Origin: Eledone cirrhosa
Taxonomy: Eukaryota
Length of the DNA stretch: 64,000 nt
Direction: 5' to 3'
Assembly (NCBI GenBank): GCA_964016885.1
Contig: OZ024741.1
Coordinates: 309,504,001 to 309,568,000 of the forward strand
The notes beneath the pieces were generated by a model that did not search any database, had not been told where the DNA came from, and worked only from the letters and a program-made list of their open reading frames with translations. Below, in pieces: positions 1-14,654 of this stretch. Each line of letters opens with the position of its first letter. Within the stretch, counting starts at the first letter, position 1. Made by a program: the position numbers and the translations under genes.

Positions 1-89
1 TTAGCAATATTTTTTAACAATATTTTTTAACTATATATATTTATTGAACAATATTTTCAGTAACTTATTACTATATTGTATTATTGTAT

Positions 90-198
90 AATCCCGCCAT
101 GGTTAACTTTGCCTTTCATCCTTACGGGGTCGATAAAATAAAGTACCAATAATGTACTGGATAATTGCTGGCCTTGTGCCAAAAGTAGAAACAATTAT
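90..198 (+). mobile_element. 5'-truncated tRNA-derived SINE (cephalopod-type); further fragment at 583-647
   Basis: aatcccgcc..taactttgcctttcatccttacggggtcgataaaataaagtacca..ttgctggccttgtgccaaaagtagaaac matches about 10 other copies in the window. Confidence 0.8.
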
Positions 199-1120
199 TG
201 TATTATATTATATATATTTGAAAGGTATCACCTCAATTATAAACAAATAATAAACTATAATCCTTGTATATGTTTTGATCAACACATATATATAATTAAA
301 AATTCAGGCATCTTTAAGTTTAGTTATAAGGCCGGTTGATCCTTTAGGCACTCAAACTATATAACAATAAATTCTTTAATAATTATAACTATAATTATTT
401 TATAAATTATATTATATAAACTGTTGTCAATATTATAAATAATTTTGGTAAAGATTACCTCCGTGAGGGTATAAAAGCATTATATATTTTCTTTATCGTG
501 TTTCGTAAATCCTTTAAATTTGTCTTCATAAAATTTGAATTTTAGAAATTAAACATAATTATAATATAAAGTAAAGTAAAATAAAATAAAGTACCAGTAA
601 TACACTGGGTAATTGCTGGCCTTGTGCCAAAAGTAGAAACAATTATAATATTAATACAAATACCTATTAACTTTTAAAACCTAAAATTACTCTGAAATAA
701 CTTAAATTAAATATTTTGAATATTAACGGCCAAATATATTAATTTGGATATATGTTGCATATATGGAAAACTGTATATAAACTTGAACATAAATTACTCC
801 CTTTGTCTCTCTCTCTCTTTAATCATCTTTCATCTGTTTTTTCAAGCCACCTACTAAATATATTATCACATCAGCTGTTTCTTCCTCTATGCTTTCCTTT
901 CCCTCCTCTTTCTTCAGTAGTTTTAAAAAGAAATTTTATAACTTTAATATTGATGCCATGTATTTTTTAAGCTGTATTACACGCACCCTCTCTATTGTTT
1001 GTATTATGTTATCTCATGTTCTCAATATTAGGGTATAAATATTGAGTTTTGTCATAAGTTAATCACTACCTTGATTGAATCTTAACCATCTACTATGTCA
1101 GGGTACGTCATGTATCATTT

Positions 1121-1187
1121 TATTTTATCTGATGAGGACGTACTGTTGAACTTAACTCAGTACCTCTGAAATATGTATAATAAAATA
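1121..1187 (+). ncRNA. Minimal type I hammerhead ribozyme
   Basis: Stem I tattttat/ataaaata; core CTGATGA 1129-1135; stem II ggacgtactg/cagtacctct (C-C mismatch); GAAA 1168-1171; tatgta-TA cleavage context. Confidence 0.75.
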
Positions 1188-1331
1188 TAATTGATCACAA
1201 GAATATCTATTTTGTTAATATTTTGAATTAATATTATATATATATATATATTTGTGTGTGTATTTATGTATTTTGTATGTGTATATATGTGTATCTCTGT
1301 AGATGTGTTTGTATATGTTTGTATATATGTA

Positions 1332-1402
<71 letters not shown>

Positions 1403-1405
1403 GTA

Positions 1406-2085
<680 letters not shown>

Positions 2086-2094
2086 ATATATATA

Positions 2095-4348
2095 TAAGAG
2101 AGTATTGAAGTTTGCTTGAAGCATTGTGGAATAATAAATAAATATCTTTAAGTCGTTTAGAAGCCTCGACAATGCAAATGGGTAAATCTCCGGGTAACAA
2201 GATCCGGTGGTGGAGAGAGAGATGTAAGTGGGTGTACTTTGAGATGCGTGGTGTGTAACAGACTACCCGCCTTCTACCACCTCGTGAAAACACACAAACA
2301 GGGACCCGACCTGAAGATCAGGCCCATCGTATCGAGCGTGGAGGGACCACTCTACAAAATTTCATGGCTCCTAGCCAGAATACTCAAACCCATCTTAGAC
2401 ACCTTGCCGGGACACGTTAACAGCTCCGAGGAGGTGTTGAAGCGCCTGCACCAAATGGATCCCGACACCAGAAGGAATAACAGATATGCCTTCAGCCTTG
2501 ATGTAGTCGCTCTCTACACCTCGGTCCCGGCACTCCCGGCCGTCAATATACTGATGGAACGCGTCCAATCCACCAACTTACACTGCTTCGGGCTCACCAC
2601 CACTGACATCCACCAACTCCTATCCATCGTCGTCGACAACACCTACTTCGGATTCCTTGACCAAACATACCAACAAACCTCGGGATGCCCATGGGATCAA
2701 GCCTATCAGGTGTGCTAGCGATCTCTTACATGGACAACCTCGAACGCAAGGCACTCAACGCCTGCCACCCCAACGCCGTAGCCTTTTTCTCAAGGTACGT
2801 GGACGATATCCTCATCCTCACATCTTCCCAAGACACGGCGAACAGAATCTATGAGATGTTCAACAACACGGACGAGAACATTGACTTCAGTGTTGAACAC
2901 CCCAACGAAGACGGGTCACTTGCCCTCCTCGACTTCCGAATCAACATCACGGAACAGGGAAGGATCCACTGCAACTTCTACCGAAAGACAGCCTGCAGGG
3001 ACCTGTTCGTTCACTACAAGTCCGCCCTCCCTAACAGTGCCAAAAGAGGATACATCCCGAACGAGATCGCGCGAATCAAATACAGATGCAGCGATCCCGC
3101 GAGTGGTGTTACTCATACCAAGCGATTCCTCGAGGTGCTGGAGACGAACGGGTATCCTACCTCGATCACAGACAGAATAGGAGACACCAGACACAAGAGA
3201 CAGAGAGGCACCCAAGGCAAGTGCTTCCTTAAAATTCCACATCTGGGCGAGAATACCACCAACGCTATCCGCAAGGCTATACGGAGGGAGGGCCTCGACA
3301 TCCACCTGGCCCACTCGGTCTCCTCCCTGCGAAGATGCCTCTCCAAGAAACCCGGGAAATCTACTGACGCATGCTCCCTCAGAGACTGCCCGATACGCCA
3401 TGCGAACTGTTGCCTACGCACATACGTCGTGTATGAGATAGAATGTGACAGGTGCAACCAATACTACATAGTTAGCACAATCCGACCTTTGCACATCCGG
3501 ATCAAGGAACACACTAAAACCAGGGCCTCGTCTTTCCGGAAACACATAGACAAATGCGGAAACAAAGACGGAAGGCCCATTGTCACAATTCTAGCGACTG
3601 AAAGAAACGTCGGCACGTTACGTATCAAGGAAGCACTGTTTATCAAACGCCTGCAACCGCAAATAAACAACCGATTAGAGAGAAGCGAAATGAGATGGCT
3701 GGTTTAAGTTAACAAACGATGTAACAACACACAACACACGCACACACAAACGAGACAACTACACACACACACACATACAGTAGCATTCCACCATACGAAC
3801 ATACTACACTGCCAATACAGAGGAACAAGGCAACTACACACGCACACACACACACACTCAAGCGAGACAACAACACACGCACACACACACACAGTAACAT
3901 TTAACAAACAGGCAGAGAATAGACTGACAGCTAGCGCCACCCCACTCCCTCATTCGGCCGCTGACCTCTGGCCGACCGACCCCATTTCACGCGTACGCAC
4001 GCTCTGCCGAATACCTCAGATATTCAAAACAACAAACAGCGGAGGACGCGTTTCGCACCTGTCCGACAGACAACCTTTACCCCGGAAAAAAAACCCCAGT
4101 TGATGGATGTGAATCCGAAATATATAGGGACTATTAAATCTCTCCCAAGGTAACTCTCTCTTGTGTTGTTATTTTTATTTTATCCTTTATACTCTTCCCT
4201 TCATTCTACACATCTCACACATCTTATACACACCACGCATCTCAACGTACACCCACTTAGATATCTCTCTCTCCACCACCGGATCTTGTTACCCGGAGAT
4301 TTACCCATTTGCATTGTCGAGGCTTCCAAACGACTTAAAGATATTTAT
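2095..4348 (+). mobile_element. 5'-truncated Penelope-like retroelement with inverted 5' pseudo-LTR segment
   Basis: About 2140-2257 is the reverse complement of about 4225-4345; RT+GIY-YIG ORF between them; (TA)n on both sides; degenerate HHR at 4094-4129 (core CAGTTGA). Confidence 0.92.
2258..3707 (+). pseudogene. PLE reverse transcriptase + C-terminal GIY-YIG endonuclease, 5'-truncated, one frameshift near 2685
   Basis: KIRPIVS, FSLDVVALYTSVP, G-PMGSSLS, RYVDDIL, LDFRI; then VVYEIECDRCNQYYIVST..RIKEH..IKEALFI..PQIN. Confidence 0.92.
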
Positions 4349-4364
4349 ATATATATATATATCT

Positions 4365-4426
<62 letters not shown>

Positions 4427-4463
4427 ATATATAAATATATATATATATATCTTATATATATAT

Positions 4464-4537
<74 letters not shown>

Positions 4538-4574
4538 ATATATATATAAGATATATAAATATATATATATATAT

Positions 4575-4618
<44 letters not shown>

Positions 4619-4915
4619 GTATATAGAGAGAGAGAGTGAGAGAGAGAAAGAGAGAGGGGGAGAGGGAGAGAGAGAGAGATACAGCCAAAACTGGCTGGCT
4701 GAAGACAGACGTACTTTTTCTCCCAAAAAACTTTTTCCCTTCCTTCCTCTTCTCACTCTCTATCTTTCTATTTCATCTTTTATTTCTCATTCTATATTTT
4801 GATGAAGGACCAGTGTCCGAAACTTCGTCACTCTTTTCCTACTATATCAAGCGTTAGACTAATATATTTGTTCATTGTACTGTATTCTTTTCTTTGTTGT
4901 TTCCGTTTACTTTCG

Positions 4916-4999
<84 letters not shown>

Positions 5000-5577
5000 A
5001 ACCGCTCGCTAGTGATGTCTGTAAGAACTCATGAAAAAACACTAGATTTAAGCCTTCAACTCAATAGAACAAAATAGCAATGCGATTTAAGCTGCACTCT
5101 ATATTTGTAAGATTAAAGATTCATTTGAAAATGTGAGACTATAACTGTAATAACAGTCGATCTCTATAGGTAATATTTGAGAAAACTCAGTAAATTTCTA
5201 CCTACTCCTGGGGGTATTTTTCTGAACTATTATCTATAGTAATCGAATCTAATTACGGTTATTTTCTGCATTTGGCTCCCAGCTCCCAACGCTTCGATAA
5301 TTTATAAAATTTAAATATTCATTTTTTTTTTTTTTTTTTCACTCTGTTACGTCTCAGCGGGGTTTAGCGTGAGGAATTAATTGATCTCTGATGTTGAGAA
5401 AGGCAACTGATCCTGAAATTAGGATAAACACCAGTCTGGCGAACCTCTAAGCTCCAGATAGAGTATTACTTTCAGCTGAAGAACTTTCAACACAATGCCT
5501 ATGCAATCACTCGATCTACAACTAGCAACCATGTCTCCTTTAAACTATCATTTACTGTCCTTTATTTCTTTTAATAG

Positions 5578-5733
5578 GTGGTGTTGGACGATATAGCCCT
5601 AGTTGCAATAAATATATCTGAACAAAAGATGCAATGGTGACGATTGGGACATCTTTGGTCGCAAATATTTGCTTAGTGCTGATTTGGGTAGCAACGTCAT
5701 TAGAACCACCACAGTTATTAGGAGAAAAAGCCG
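5578..5733 (+). CDS. Possible host exon encoding a signal-peptide-like N-terminus (ATG 5634)
   Basis: Pyrimidine tract + TAG acceptor at 5577; MVTIGTSLVANICLVLIWVATSLEP is hydrophobic; the only donor-like site is non-canonical G|GCAAG. Confidence 0.25.
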
Positions 5734-6091
5734 GCAAGAAAGCCTCTACATGTTTACTTAACCTACTAAAAATAGCAACTAACTTTCCCTCAAATCATAT
5801 ACAACCGTACTTACGATGAAAAATGTTCCAGGCGTGACCAATCAGTTATGTTTTCAGGAAGAAGGTAATTAGGACCACGTTGCTCAACGTTCCTTCCTTG
5901 TTTTTAAGTTAAGTAATTACTCTACTTATCACGTCTAACGACAGTCCAGGAGCTTTGTAACTATTGTTTGCAGTTAATATTTTCATTTTTTGTTGTTGCT
6001 GTTCCATCCCTGATTGAGGACATATATGATCAAGAGCATTCCCACTGTGACCATTCCATCTTTATTATGGTTATGTAGGACTACATTATTT

Positions 6092-6503
6092 AAGGGCGGT
6101 GGGTTGGCAGTATTGGTAGAGCATCAAACACCATGCATTGCAACATAGAGTTACGGCCCTTAACGGTCTGAGTTCAAATCCCGCCGCGATTAACTTTGCC
6201 TTTCATCCTTACGGGGTTGATAAAATAAAGTACCAGTCACGCACTGGGGTCGATTTAATCGACTTCCCCTACCCCAAAAAATTGCTGGCCTTGTGCCTAT
6301 ATAAGAAACCATTATTTAAGGGCGGTGAATTGGCAGTATCGGTAGAGCGTCAGACACCATGCTTTGTAGCATAGATTTACTTACGTTCTGAGTTCAAATC
6401 CCGCCGAGGTTAGCGTTGCCTTTCGACCTTACGGGGGTTGATAAAATAAAGCACTAATAATGCACTGTGATAATTGCTGGCCTTGTGCCAAAAGTAGAAA
6501 CAA
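6092..6503 (+). mobile_element. Two tandem tRNA-derived SINE copies (6092-6313, 6318-6503)
   Basis: A-box-like tggcagtatcggtagagc, B-box gagttcaaatccc, family body and tail. Confidence 0.85.
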
Positions 6504-7916
6504 GTTTTTAATAAGACCTTTTCTGATTTAAGATGGTAGGGCGTGATGAGAGGATTTTTAGCTGATATTTCTAGCAGGTCTAGTGATCACGTAAAAGTTC
6601 CCTTGATCGCTCGCCAGTTAGTAGTAATATGTAAAGACAGCCATATTGTCGCTTCGATAATTTTACGTTATAAATTTTAACCATGTATTATGTTGATAGA
6701 TTTTCTAGTGCCAGCTCAATAAAATTCTTTGCAAGCATCATTTAATCATTTAAATTTCCTACTTTATAATTAACCGGAAACAGTAGATACTCTTTAATGA
6801 AAATTATTTCCTGAGCTTTGCCGAAAATGGCAGCCAGATTGATCATAGCGTCAATAGTCAAATATTTAGTTTATAGAAGCAAGTTTGCCAGTGTCGCCAA
6901 ATAAAGGAGACGCCGAACTAGATTTATCACAATATCTGTAGTCGAGTGTTCTGGCTATCTGTATCGCTCTGAGTTCAAATCCCGCCGAGATCAACTTTAC
7001 CTTTCGTCCTTTATGATTCGATAAATCAAGTACCAGTCCATGGTCGTTGGGTTTGGTGGAATGTTTAAAGAGTAGTGATATCTGTTCAGGCTATTAGCAT
7101 TTTTACTTCAAATACAGCTTCCTGGAAAGACCAATAGAAATATAGTTACGATGGTCCGATTTGACGATCGGCTATTTTCCTTGGAGTTAACTATTTAGTT
7201 TATAGAACGAAGTTTACCAGTATCTACAAATAAATAAAGCATCCAACTTGATTTATCGCAACATCAATAGTATTTAGTTTAGGAAAGTAAGTTCACCAGT
7301 GTCTAACAATTATATGAGGTCCGATTTATCACAACATCCGTGGTCAAGTATTTGTTGTATCACTCCTGCTCAACCTTGATTGAGCAGACATGTGACCTAA
7401 GGCGTTCCTGACGAAACTATTCCATCTTTCTCCATACATGCCTTATCTAGATCTACATTTATACAATGAGTGCAAAACATTGTATTGAAACAACGTGATC
7501 ATCACAACATTTGGTACAAAGATCGAAATATATGTCAGAATATTCCGTAATTTTTTTCGACTTCAATATTCCAATACAAGTAACAGGGAATTTGTATAAG
7601 ACGAGATATAAATAGAATGAGAGTTGGAGAGAGAAGAAACAGACATTTTATCGGTTACGTATCGGGTGTAAAGTGTGGATTTATGTTTTGGTGTGACTTC
7701 GTTTTATACGGTTTCAATCTATTTCGTATTTATTTTGTAGTTACGCAGACAATAAGAACACTAATATTCCAATCTCATACATGTACTTCGATTTCAATTT
7801 AATCTCGCCAATATGATATTAAATTTAAAATTATTTATTGAAACCAAATGACGATCGAATTCACTCACACTACTTTTCTGATTTGAAAATGTTTGAAAAT
7901 TTAGTTACAACACTTT

Positions 7917-8058
7917 TCGTTCTGAGTTTAAATCCCATTGAGGTTAAATTTGCCTTTACGGGGTCGATAAAATAAAGTACCAGTAACGCGCTCGGTCGAT
8001 TTAATCGACTTTTCCATTCCCTTCAAATTGCTGACCGTGTGCCAAATGTAAAAACACT
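7917..8058 (+). mobile_element. SINE fragment (another at 6967-7037)
   Basis: tctgagtttaaatccc..gtcgataaaataaagtaccagt..gtgccaaa. Confidence 0.75.
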
Positions 8059-10710
8059 TATTATTATTGCTCAGTGAACCTGATAGTTACTGGATCTTCT
8101 ACAGCCTGTTAGATCTTAACAGGAACCTGATAGTTACTGGATCTTCTACAGTCTGTTGGATCTTAACAGGAACCTGATAGTTACTGGATCTTCTACAGTC
8201 TGTTGGATCTTAACAGGAACCTGATAGTTACTGGATCTTCTGCAGCCTGTTGGATCTTAACAGGAACCTGATAGTTACTGGATCTTCTACAGCCTGTTGG
8301 ATCTTAACAGGAACCTGATAGTTACTGGATCTTCTACAGTCTGTTGGATCTTAACAGGAACCTGATAGTTACTGGATCTTCTGCAGCCTGTTGGATCTTA
8401 ACAGGAACCTGATAGTTACTGGATCTTCTACAGTCTGTTGGATCTTAACAGGAACCTGATAGTTACTGGATCTTCTGCAGCCTGTTGGATCTTAACAGGA
8501 ACCTGATAGTTACTGGATCTTCTGCAGCCTGTTGGATCTTAACAGGAACCTGATAGTTACTGGATCTTCTACAGCCTGTTGGATCTTAACAGGAACCTGA
8601 TAGTTACTGGATCTTCTGCAGCCTGTTGGATCTTAACAGGAACCTGATAGTTAGTGGATCTTCTACAGTCTGTTGGATCTTAACAGGAACCTGATAGTTA
8701 CTGGATCTTCTACAGTCTGTTGGATCTTAACAGGAACCTGATAGTTACTGGATCTTCTGCAGCCTGTTGGATCTTAACAGGAACCTGATAGTTACTGGAT
8801 CTTCTACAGTCTGTTGGATCTTAACAGGAACCTGATAGTTACTGGATCTTCTACAGTCTGTTGGATCTTAACAGGAACCTGATAGTTACTGGATCTTCTG
8901 CAGCCTGTTGGATCTTAACAGGAACCTGATAGTTACTGGATCTTCTACAGTCTGTTGGATCTTAACAGGAACCTGATAGTTACTGGATCTTCTACAGTCT
9001 GGTGGATCTTAACAGGAACCTGATAGTTACTGGATCTTCTACAGTCTGTTGGATCTTAACAGGAACCTGATAGTTACTGGATCTTCTGCAGCCTGTTGGA
9101 TCTTAACAGGAACCTGATAGTTACTGGATCTTCTACAGTCTGTTGGATCTTAACAGGAACCTGATAGTTACTGGATCTTCTGCAGCCTGTTGGATCTTAA
9201 CAGGAACCTGATAGTTACTGGATCTTCTGCAGCCTGTTGGATCTTAACAGGAACCTGATAGTTACTGGATCTTCTACAGTCTGTTGGATCTTAACAGGAA
9301 CCTGATAGTTACTGGATCTTCTGCAGCCTGTTGGATCTTAACAGGAACCTGATAGTTACTGGATCTTCTACAGTCTGTTGGATCTTAACAGGAACCTGAT
9401 AGTTACTGGATCTTCTGCAGCCTGTTGGATCTTAACAGGAACCTGATAGTTACTGGATCTTCTACAGTCTGTTGGATCTTAACAGGAACCTGATAGTTAC
9501 TGGATCTTCTACAGTCTGTTGGATCTTAACAGGAACCTGATAGTTACTGGATCTTCTGCAGCCTGTTGGATCTTAACAGGAACCTGATAGTTACTGGATC
9601 TTCTACAGTCTGTTGGATCTTAACAGGAACCTGATAGTTACTGGATCTTCTACAGCCTGTTGGATCTTAACAGGAACCTGATAGTTACTGGATCTTCTGC
9701 AGCCTGTTGGATCTTAACAGGAACCTGATAGTTACTGGATCTTCTACAGCCTGTTGGATCTTAACAGGAACCTGATAGTTACTGGATCTTCTACAGCCTG
9801 TTGGATCTTAACAGGAACCTGATAGTTACTGGATCTTCTGCAGCCTGTTGGATCTTAACAGGAACCTGATAGTTACTGGATCTTCTGCAGCCTGTTGGAT
9901 CTTAACAGGAACCTGATAGTTACTGGATCTTCTACAGCCTGTTGGATCTTAACAGGAACCTGATAGTTACTGGATCTTCTGCAGCCTGTTGGATCTTAAC
10001 AGGAACCTGATAGTTACTGGATCTTCTACAGTCTGTTGGATCTTAACAGGAACCTGATAGTTACTGGATCTTCTACAGTCTGTTGGATCTTAACAGGAAC
10101 CTGATAGTTACTGGATCTTCTGCAGCCTGTTGGATCTTAACAGGAACCTGATAGTTACTGCATCTTCTGCAGCCTGTTGGATCTTAACAGGAACCTGATA
10201 GTTACTGGATCTTCTACAGTCTGGTGGATCTTAACAGGAACCTGATAGTTACTGGATCTTCTACAGTCTGTTGGATCTTAACAGGAACCTGATAGTTACT
10301 GGATCTTCTGCAGCCTGTTGGATCTTAACAGGAACCTGATAGTTACTGGATCTTCTGCAGCCTGTTGGATCTTAACAGGAACCTGATAGTTACTGGATCT
10401 TCTGCAGCCTGTTGGATCTTAACAGGAACCTAAGACAGGCAGTACTTTCCTGAGTATATGTGCAGTGCCCAACAGGGCAGTCTTTTGAAGGAGAACAATT
10501 TGTTATTCGACATCTATTTGCTTAGGATACGCTCTCAATTGTAATTGTCATGATCCCAAAGCTTCGATGACAGCTGGAATTATCCTAATGTTGTTAGGTG
10601 ATAGTGACCACATTCGTGCAATTTCGATCTTCAAGTCAGTATATTTTGTAATTTTTTCAATTTCTTTCAAAGCTATATTGGTGTCTCCTGGGGTGGTAAC
10701 ATCGACAGTT
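8058..10710 (-). mobile_element. 3' fragment of Dong/R4-like non-LTR retrotransposon with expanded 3' UTR
   Basis: Minus strand reads DVTTPGDTNIALKEIEKITKYTDLKIEIARMW..IIPAVI..LQKTALLGTAHILRKVL (RLE C-terminus); ends in an (AAT)n tail at about 8058-8068. Confidence 0.8.
8076..10430. repeat. 47-bp minisatellite, 50 copies
   Basis: Unit gaacctgatagttactggatcttct(a/g)cag(t/c)ctgttggatcttaacag; (10426-8076)/47=50. Confidence 0.97.
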
Positions 10711-11589
10711 GGTCTTTAATATCATCATCATCATCGTCATCAACATTATTATTGCTATGAAATATATAAATATGAAGCAGACTCTTATCCTCAAACAAAT
10801 GTAAAACGGATGGCTAAATAAAAAATATAGGTACAAAACATGGATTCACAGCCATCAATTAACAACACTTAATAATAGGTTTATTAATGTGTGGCAATGA
10901 TCATTGGATGGTCTGAGGGGGGAGGGGTATCGATAGACCAAGAAAATGCGAAAAACCAAACGTATATCTTTCTTGATTAATATATATACGAACGAAAACG
11001 AATGGACCTCTGTCGGTCTCGATGATGAATGTTCCAGTTGTTTGATCAACAGAACAACTTGCTTGATAAATTAACGTGTATGTGGCTAAGTATTCAATAG
11101 ATGTGTGTACTTCTAAGGGTCATTCAGCATAACACGGTGTGTGTCAAGGCTGATCCTTTGAATTACAAGTACAGACCATCTGACCGGCTTTCAAATAGTT
11201 TTCGTCTACTCAATTTCACTCACAAGGCATAGGTGACCCGAAGCTATGGTAACTGACATTTGTCCAAAATGAACCGCAGTGGTTTCGAACCCAGGGCCTA
11301 ATGATTTTAAAGCAAACTTCTAAACCTTTCGACTATGCTGCATCCACCTAAATAGGTGCAAACATGAGAAGTATGGCTGCAACTAAAACCAACAGAGAAA
11401 AAACCTTAAACAGAGAAGACTTTTTGTGCGAATATTTGAAAACGAAAAAACAACCGCTATCAAAGCCCAAGGCTGTAAAAGTAGTTTTACAGTAATGAAA
11501 AACAAAACGTGCGCACAAAATGTATTTTATTGATTCTACAAACATATCAATACTCGTATAATCTTTACTGTATACTTACTTTTGTGTCC

Positions 11590-11683
<94 letters not shown>

Positions 11684-13211
11684 TTTCTGATTTAAGAAAG
11701 ATATTCTGAACACATTCATCATACCATCTTAATCACTCTCTCGTTACCTTTCTGATTAGAAAAACTGAATCAATCTTATATAATTTGAAAGAAACAAATT
11801 GACTTTCTAATGATGTATATAAATAATTTTAAATTCAATATCGAAACAAATGAAATTAAATTAAAATCGAAATGCATATATGTGATTGAATTTTTATTAA
11901 AAGTATTAACTTCATTGTCATGAAACAGATACAAAATGTATTAAACACACACAATTCTACATCTGTATTTTAATTTAGTTTTTTTTTATTTTAATTGCTC
12001 TTTCATACAGGTTTTCTACTGCAGCACGAGCTGCATTTTCGTTTTCCTATGGTGTCTGCAGCATTCTGGGGAGTATAAAATGCGTGTTAGGGAACAACAC
12101 CAGTTTTATTTTGGGGTGTTATTTAGTCTTTCTTCTGTTGTGCAGTGTATATATTGTGGTAGTTGTGTTATTTTGTTGGTGGTAAATATGTTCTGTATGT
12201 GCTGTGTAATCGTTGTTAAATATACTTGCTCTGTCCACTTTTTGTGAATTTCTCTCACGCTGTCAAACCAGCTATCTATAACATATCTATGTAATTCTGT
12301 TAACTTGCCCTCTGCCTCAGGGTCCCAGTCGGCAGGATGAAGAATACATTGCCCCGCAGGACTGGTGTTATATATATCAATTTCGGGTGTGTGCCTTATT
12401 GGTGTTGCGGTGACGTGTAGCGATTATATAGGGGTGTTCTTGTGCTATTTTATCAGGTGTTAATACTATAGAATATATGGTATGTTATTTTATTAGGTTC
12501 TTATTGTATAGGATATATGTGGTATGCAGAAATTGTACTGTTTGAGTTGTGCTATTAAATCAATAACATCTTGCTTAGGATGTAAGCTCTATCTAGCAGG
12601 GTTATTGTTTACTGAGTTACATTGTACGCCCCAGAGCGCTTCGTACGTTTCTGTTCATATTGTTTATATTTGTTTCATATTTTATCTTCAAATGCCACCG
12701 TGGTTAATTTTGCCTTGCATCGTTCCAAATGCCAAAGAGGAAATAGACAAATGAGCGATAGTGAGAGAGACAAGTGGGGAGTAGAAAAGGAGCAATGGCC
12801 TTACCTTCGGTTTATTGTTTTTCAGCCTGTGTAGATAGCAAACCACTTTTCTTCAGCTCCGTAATCCAACGACACTCACCAGACCAAAGTCATTTTCAAC
12901 CTTTAAATCCTTCCAGCATTAACGTGAAGCACATTTTACATTCTAAGTCCGTTGTTTATTTAATTCTATCGTAATTGTTTACGCATTTATTTCAGCTTTG
13001 GTGGAAAGACACCCGTAAATTTTCCTGTCCATTCTTTGTTTTGTTGTCATTTCACATACATCTTATCAACAGAGCGGTTGACCAATGTGTGTCACAAACT
13101 GGCATCGCAAACGCAATATCACCTTAATGCGTGAAATTGCACATCAGCAAAGTGGTTGAAGAAGTAAAGATGCTGATCTCTGTTCGTCTTATGCGTGCAT
13201 TTTCTGCTAAT

Positions 13212-13312
<101 letters not shown>

Positions 13313-13332
13313 TATATATATATTCATATTCG

Positions 13333-13389
13333 CTGCTAGATATATTTCAGTGATAGCCGTTATTCAACAGCTATGAGCTCATCGGGCAG
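13333..13389 (-). ncRNA. Type I hammerhead ribozyme, degenerate (core CCGATGA)
   Basis: ctgc CCGATGA gctcatagctgtt-gaat-aacggctatcact GAAA tatatc TA gcag; related to the HHR at 24448. Confidence 0.65.
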
Positions 13390-13530
13390 TTAGAACTTGA
13401 ACAGAAAAAGCAGGAAAACAATGTTGGAATAGATTTTACTTGGTTAATTCATTGATATGTTCAGATCCAGAGTGTGGTGTTAATCCTCTAAAGAACTGAA
13501 GTCTCGGTAAACAATCAACACATACTCAAG

Positions 13531-13613
<83 letters not shown>

Positions 13614-13692
13614 GTCACACTTTTCTATCCCAAATATCGACTACTCTGTTGAATGATGGTCTGACTAGTTTGATACTAGTTTAATCCTTATA

Positions 13693-13727
<35 letters not shown>

Positions 13728-13728
<1 letters not shown>

Positions 13729-14470
13729 GGGTTGTAACATACATTCCCGCCGTTTTTATCCTTTCTTCAATATACAGTCCACAAGACGGATTGGTTTATA
13801 AAGTTGTGGTCACTTCCAACCGACCAAATCAACCACAGGAGGTCAAATCCCATGTGGGCATGGCCGAAGGGCGATTTAAGGAACGCTTCCTGAAGCATCA
13901 GTCGACCTTTACGTTCCCGGACAAACGATCATCCACGAAACTCATGGGTCACGTATGGTCCCTCAAGGACTCAGGTATAGACTACTCCATTCAATGGAAA
14001 GCCATCACTAAGTCCAAGCCATACGCAAGGGGCAATCCGTCTTGTGGACTGTGTATTGAAGAGAGGATAAATATTCTAAGGAGATTACGCAATAGTGATT
14101 GCTTAAATTCAAGAAATCAAATCTTCTCACGTTGTCCACATATCTGGAAACACCTCCTGCATAACTACAAAGCTCCGGATTAAATAACAACAACATTCTA
14201 ATTTTCTAATCAACTCAAACACCTTTTCCAGACTTTCGCCCGTGGCTTTGTATCGCTGGGGTGAAGTGACCGTTTCTGCGCATGCGCTTTCATGCTGCAG
14301 TTGTTCTTCCTGTTCCGTATAACCATGACCAGTACGAGCTGATGATCCGCTAAGGTGAAACAATTGTTCTCGGCATGGTGAACTAACTGTTGTGTTACCA
14401 CTTCTACCTAACTCGTCCCATGGACTGAGTGCTCTACCACTACGGATATTACCTTCCAGTGTTCTACCAC
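13728..14470 (+). mobile_element. 3' fragment of PLE: GIY-YIG domain (13791-14183) plus pseudo-LTR
   Basis: VYKVVV..HVGMAEGRFKERFLKH..CGLCIEERINI..LNSRNQIFSRCPH; HHR downstream; flanked by (TA)n. Confidence 0.85.
14335..14372 (+). ncRNA. Minimal type I hammerhead ribozyme
   Basis: cgag CTGATGA tcc-gctaa-ggt GAAAC aatt GTT ctcg, palindromic stem III. Confidence 0.75.
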
Positions 14471-14598
14471 TATATATATATATATATATTTTTATAGTCA
14501 CACTTTTCTATCGCAAGTATCAAGTACTCTGTTGAATGATGGTCTGACTAGTTTAATCCTTATATATATATGTATGTGTGTGTGTGTGTGTATTGGGT

Positions 14599-14654
<56 letters not shown>

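Noticed and set aside
4799-4829. HHR-like TTGATGA-aggac-cagt-gtcc-GAAAC (similar at about 32190)
   Set aside because: No pairing stem I and altered core; counted only as a relic.
6092-6190. tRNA gene
   Set aside because: A/B boxes belong to SINE heads; no cloverleaf.
8076-10430. CRISPR-like array
   Set aside because: Units are contiguous with no unique spacers; eukaryotic context; embedded in a LINE 3' UTR.
12325-12368. Hairpin containing ATGA (SECIS- or HDV-like)
   Set aside because: Spacing and pseudoknot requirements are not met.
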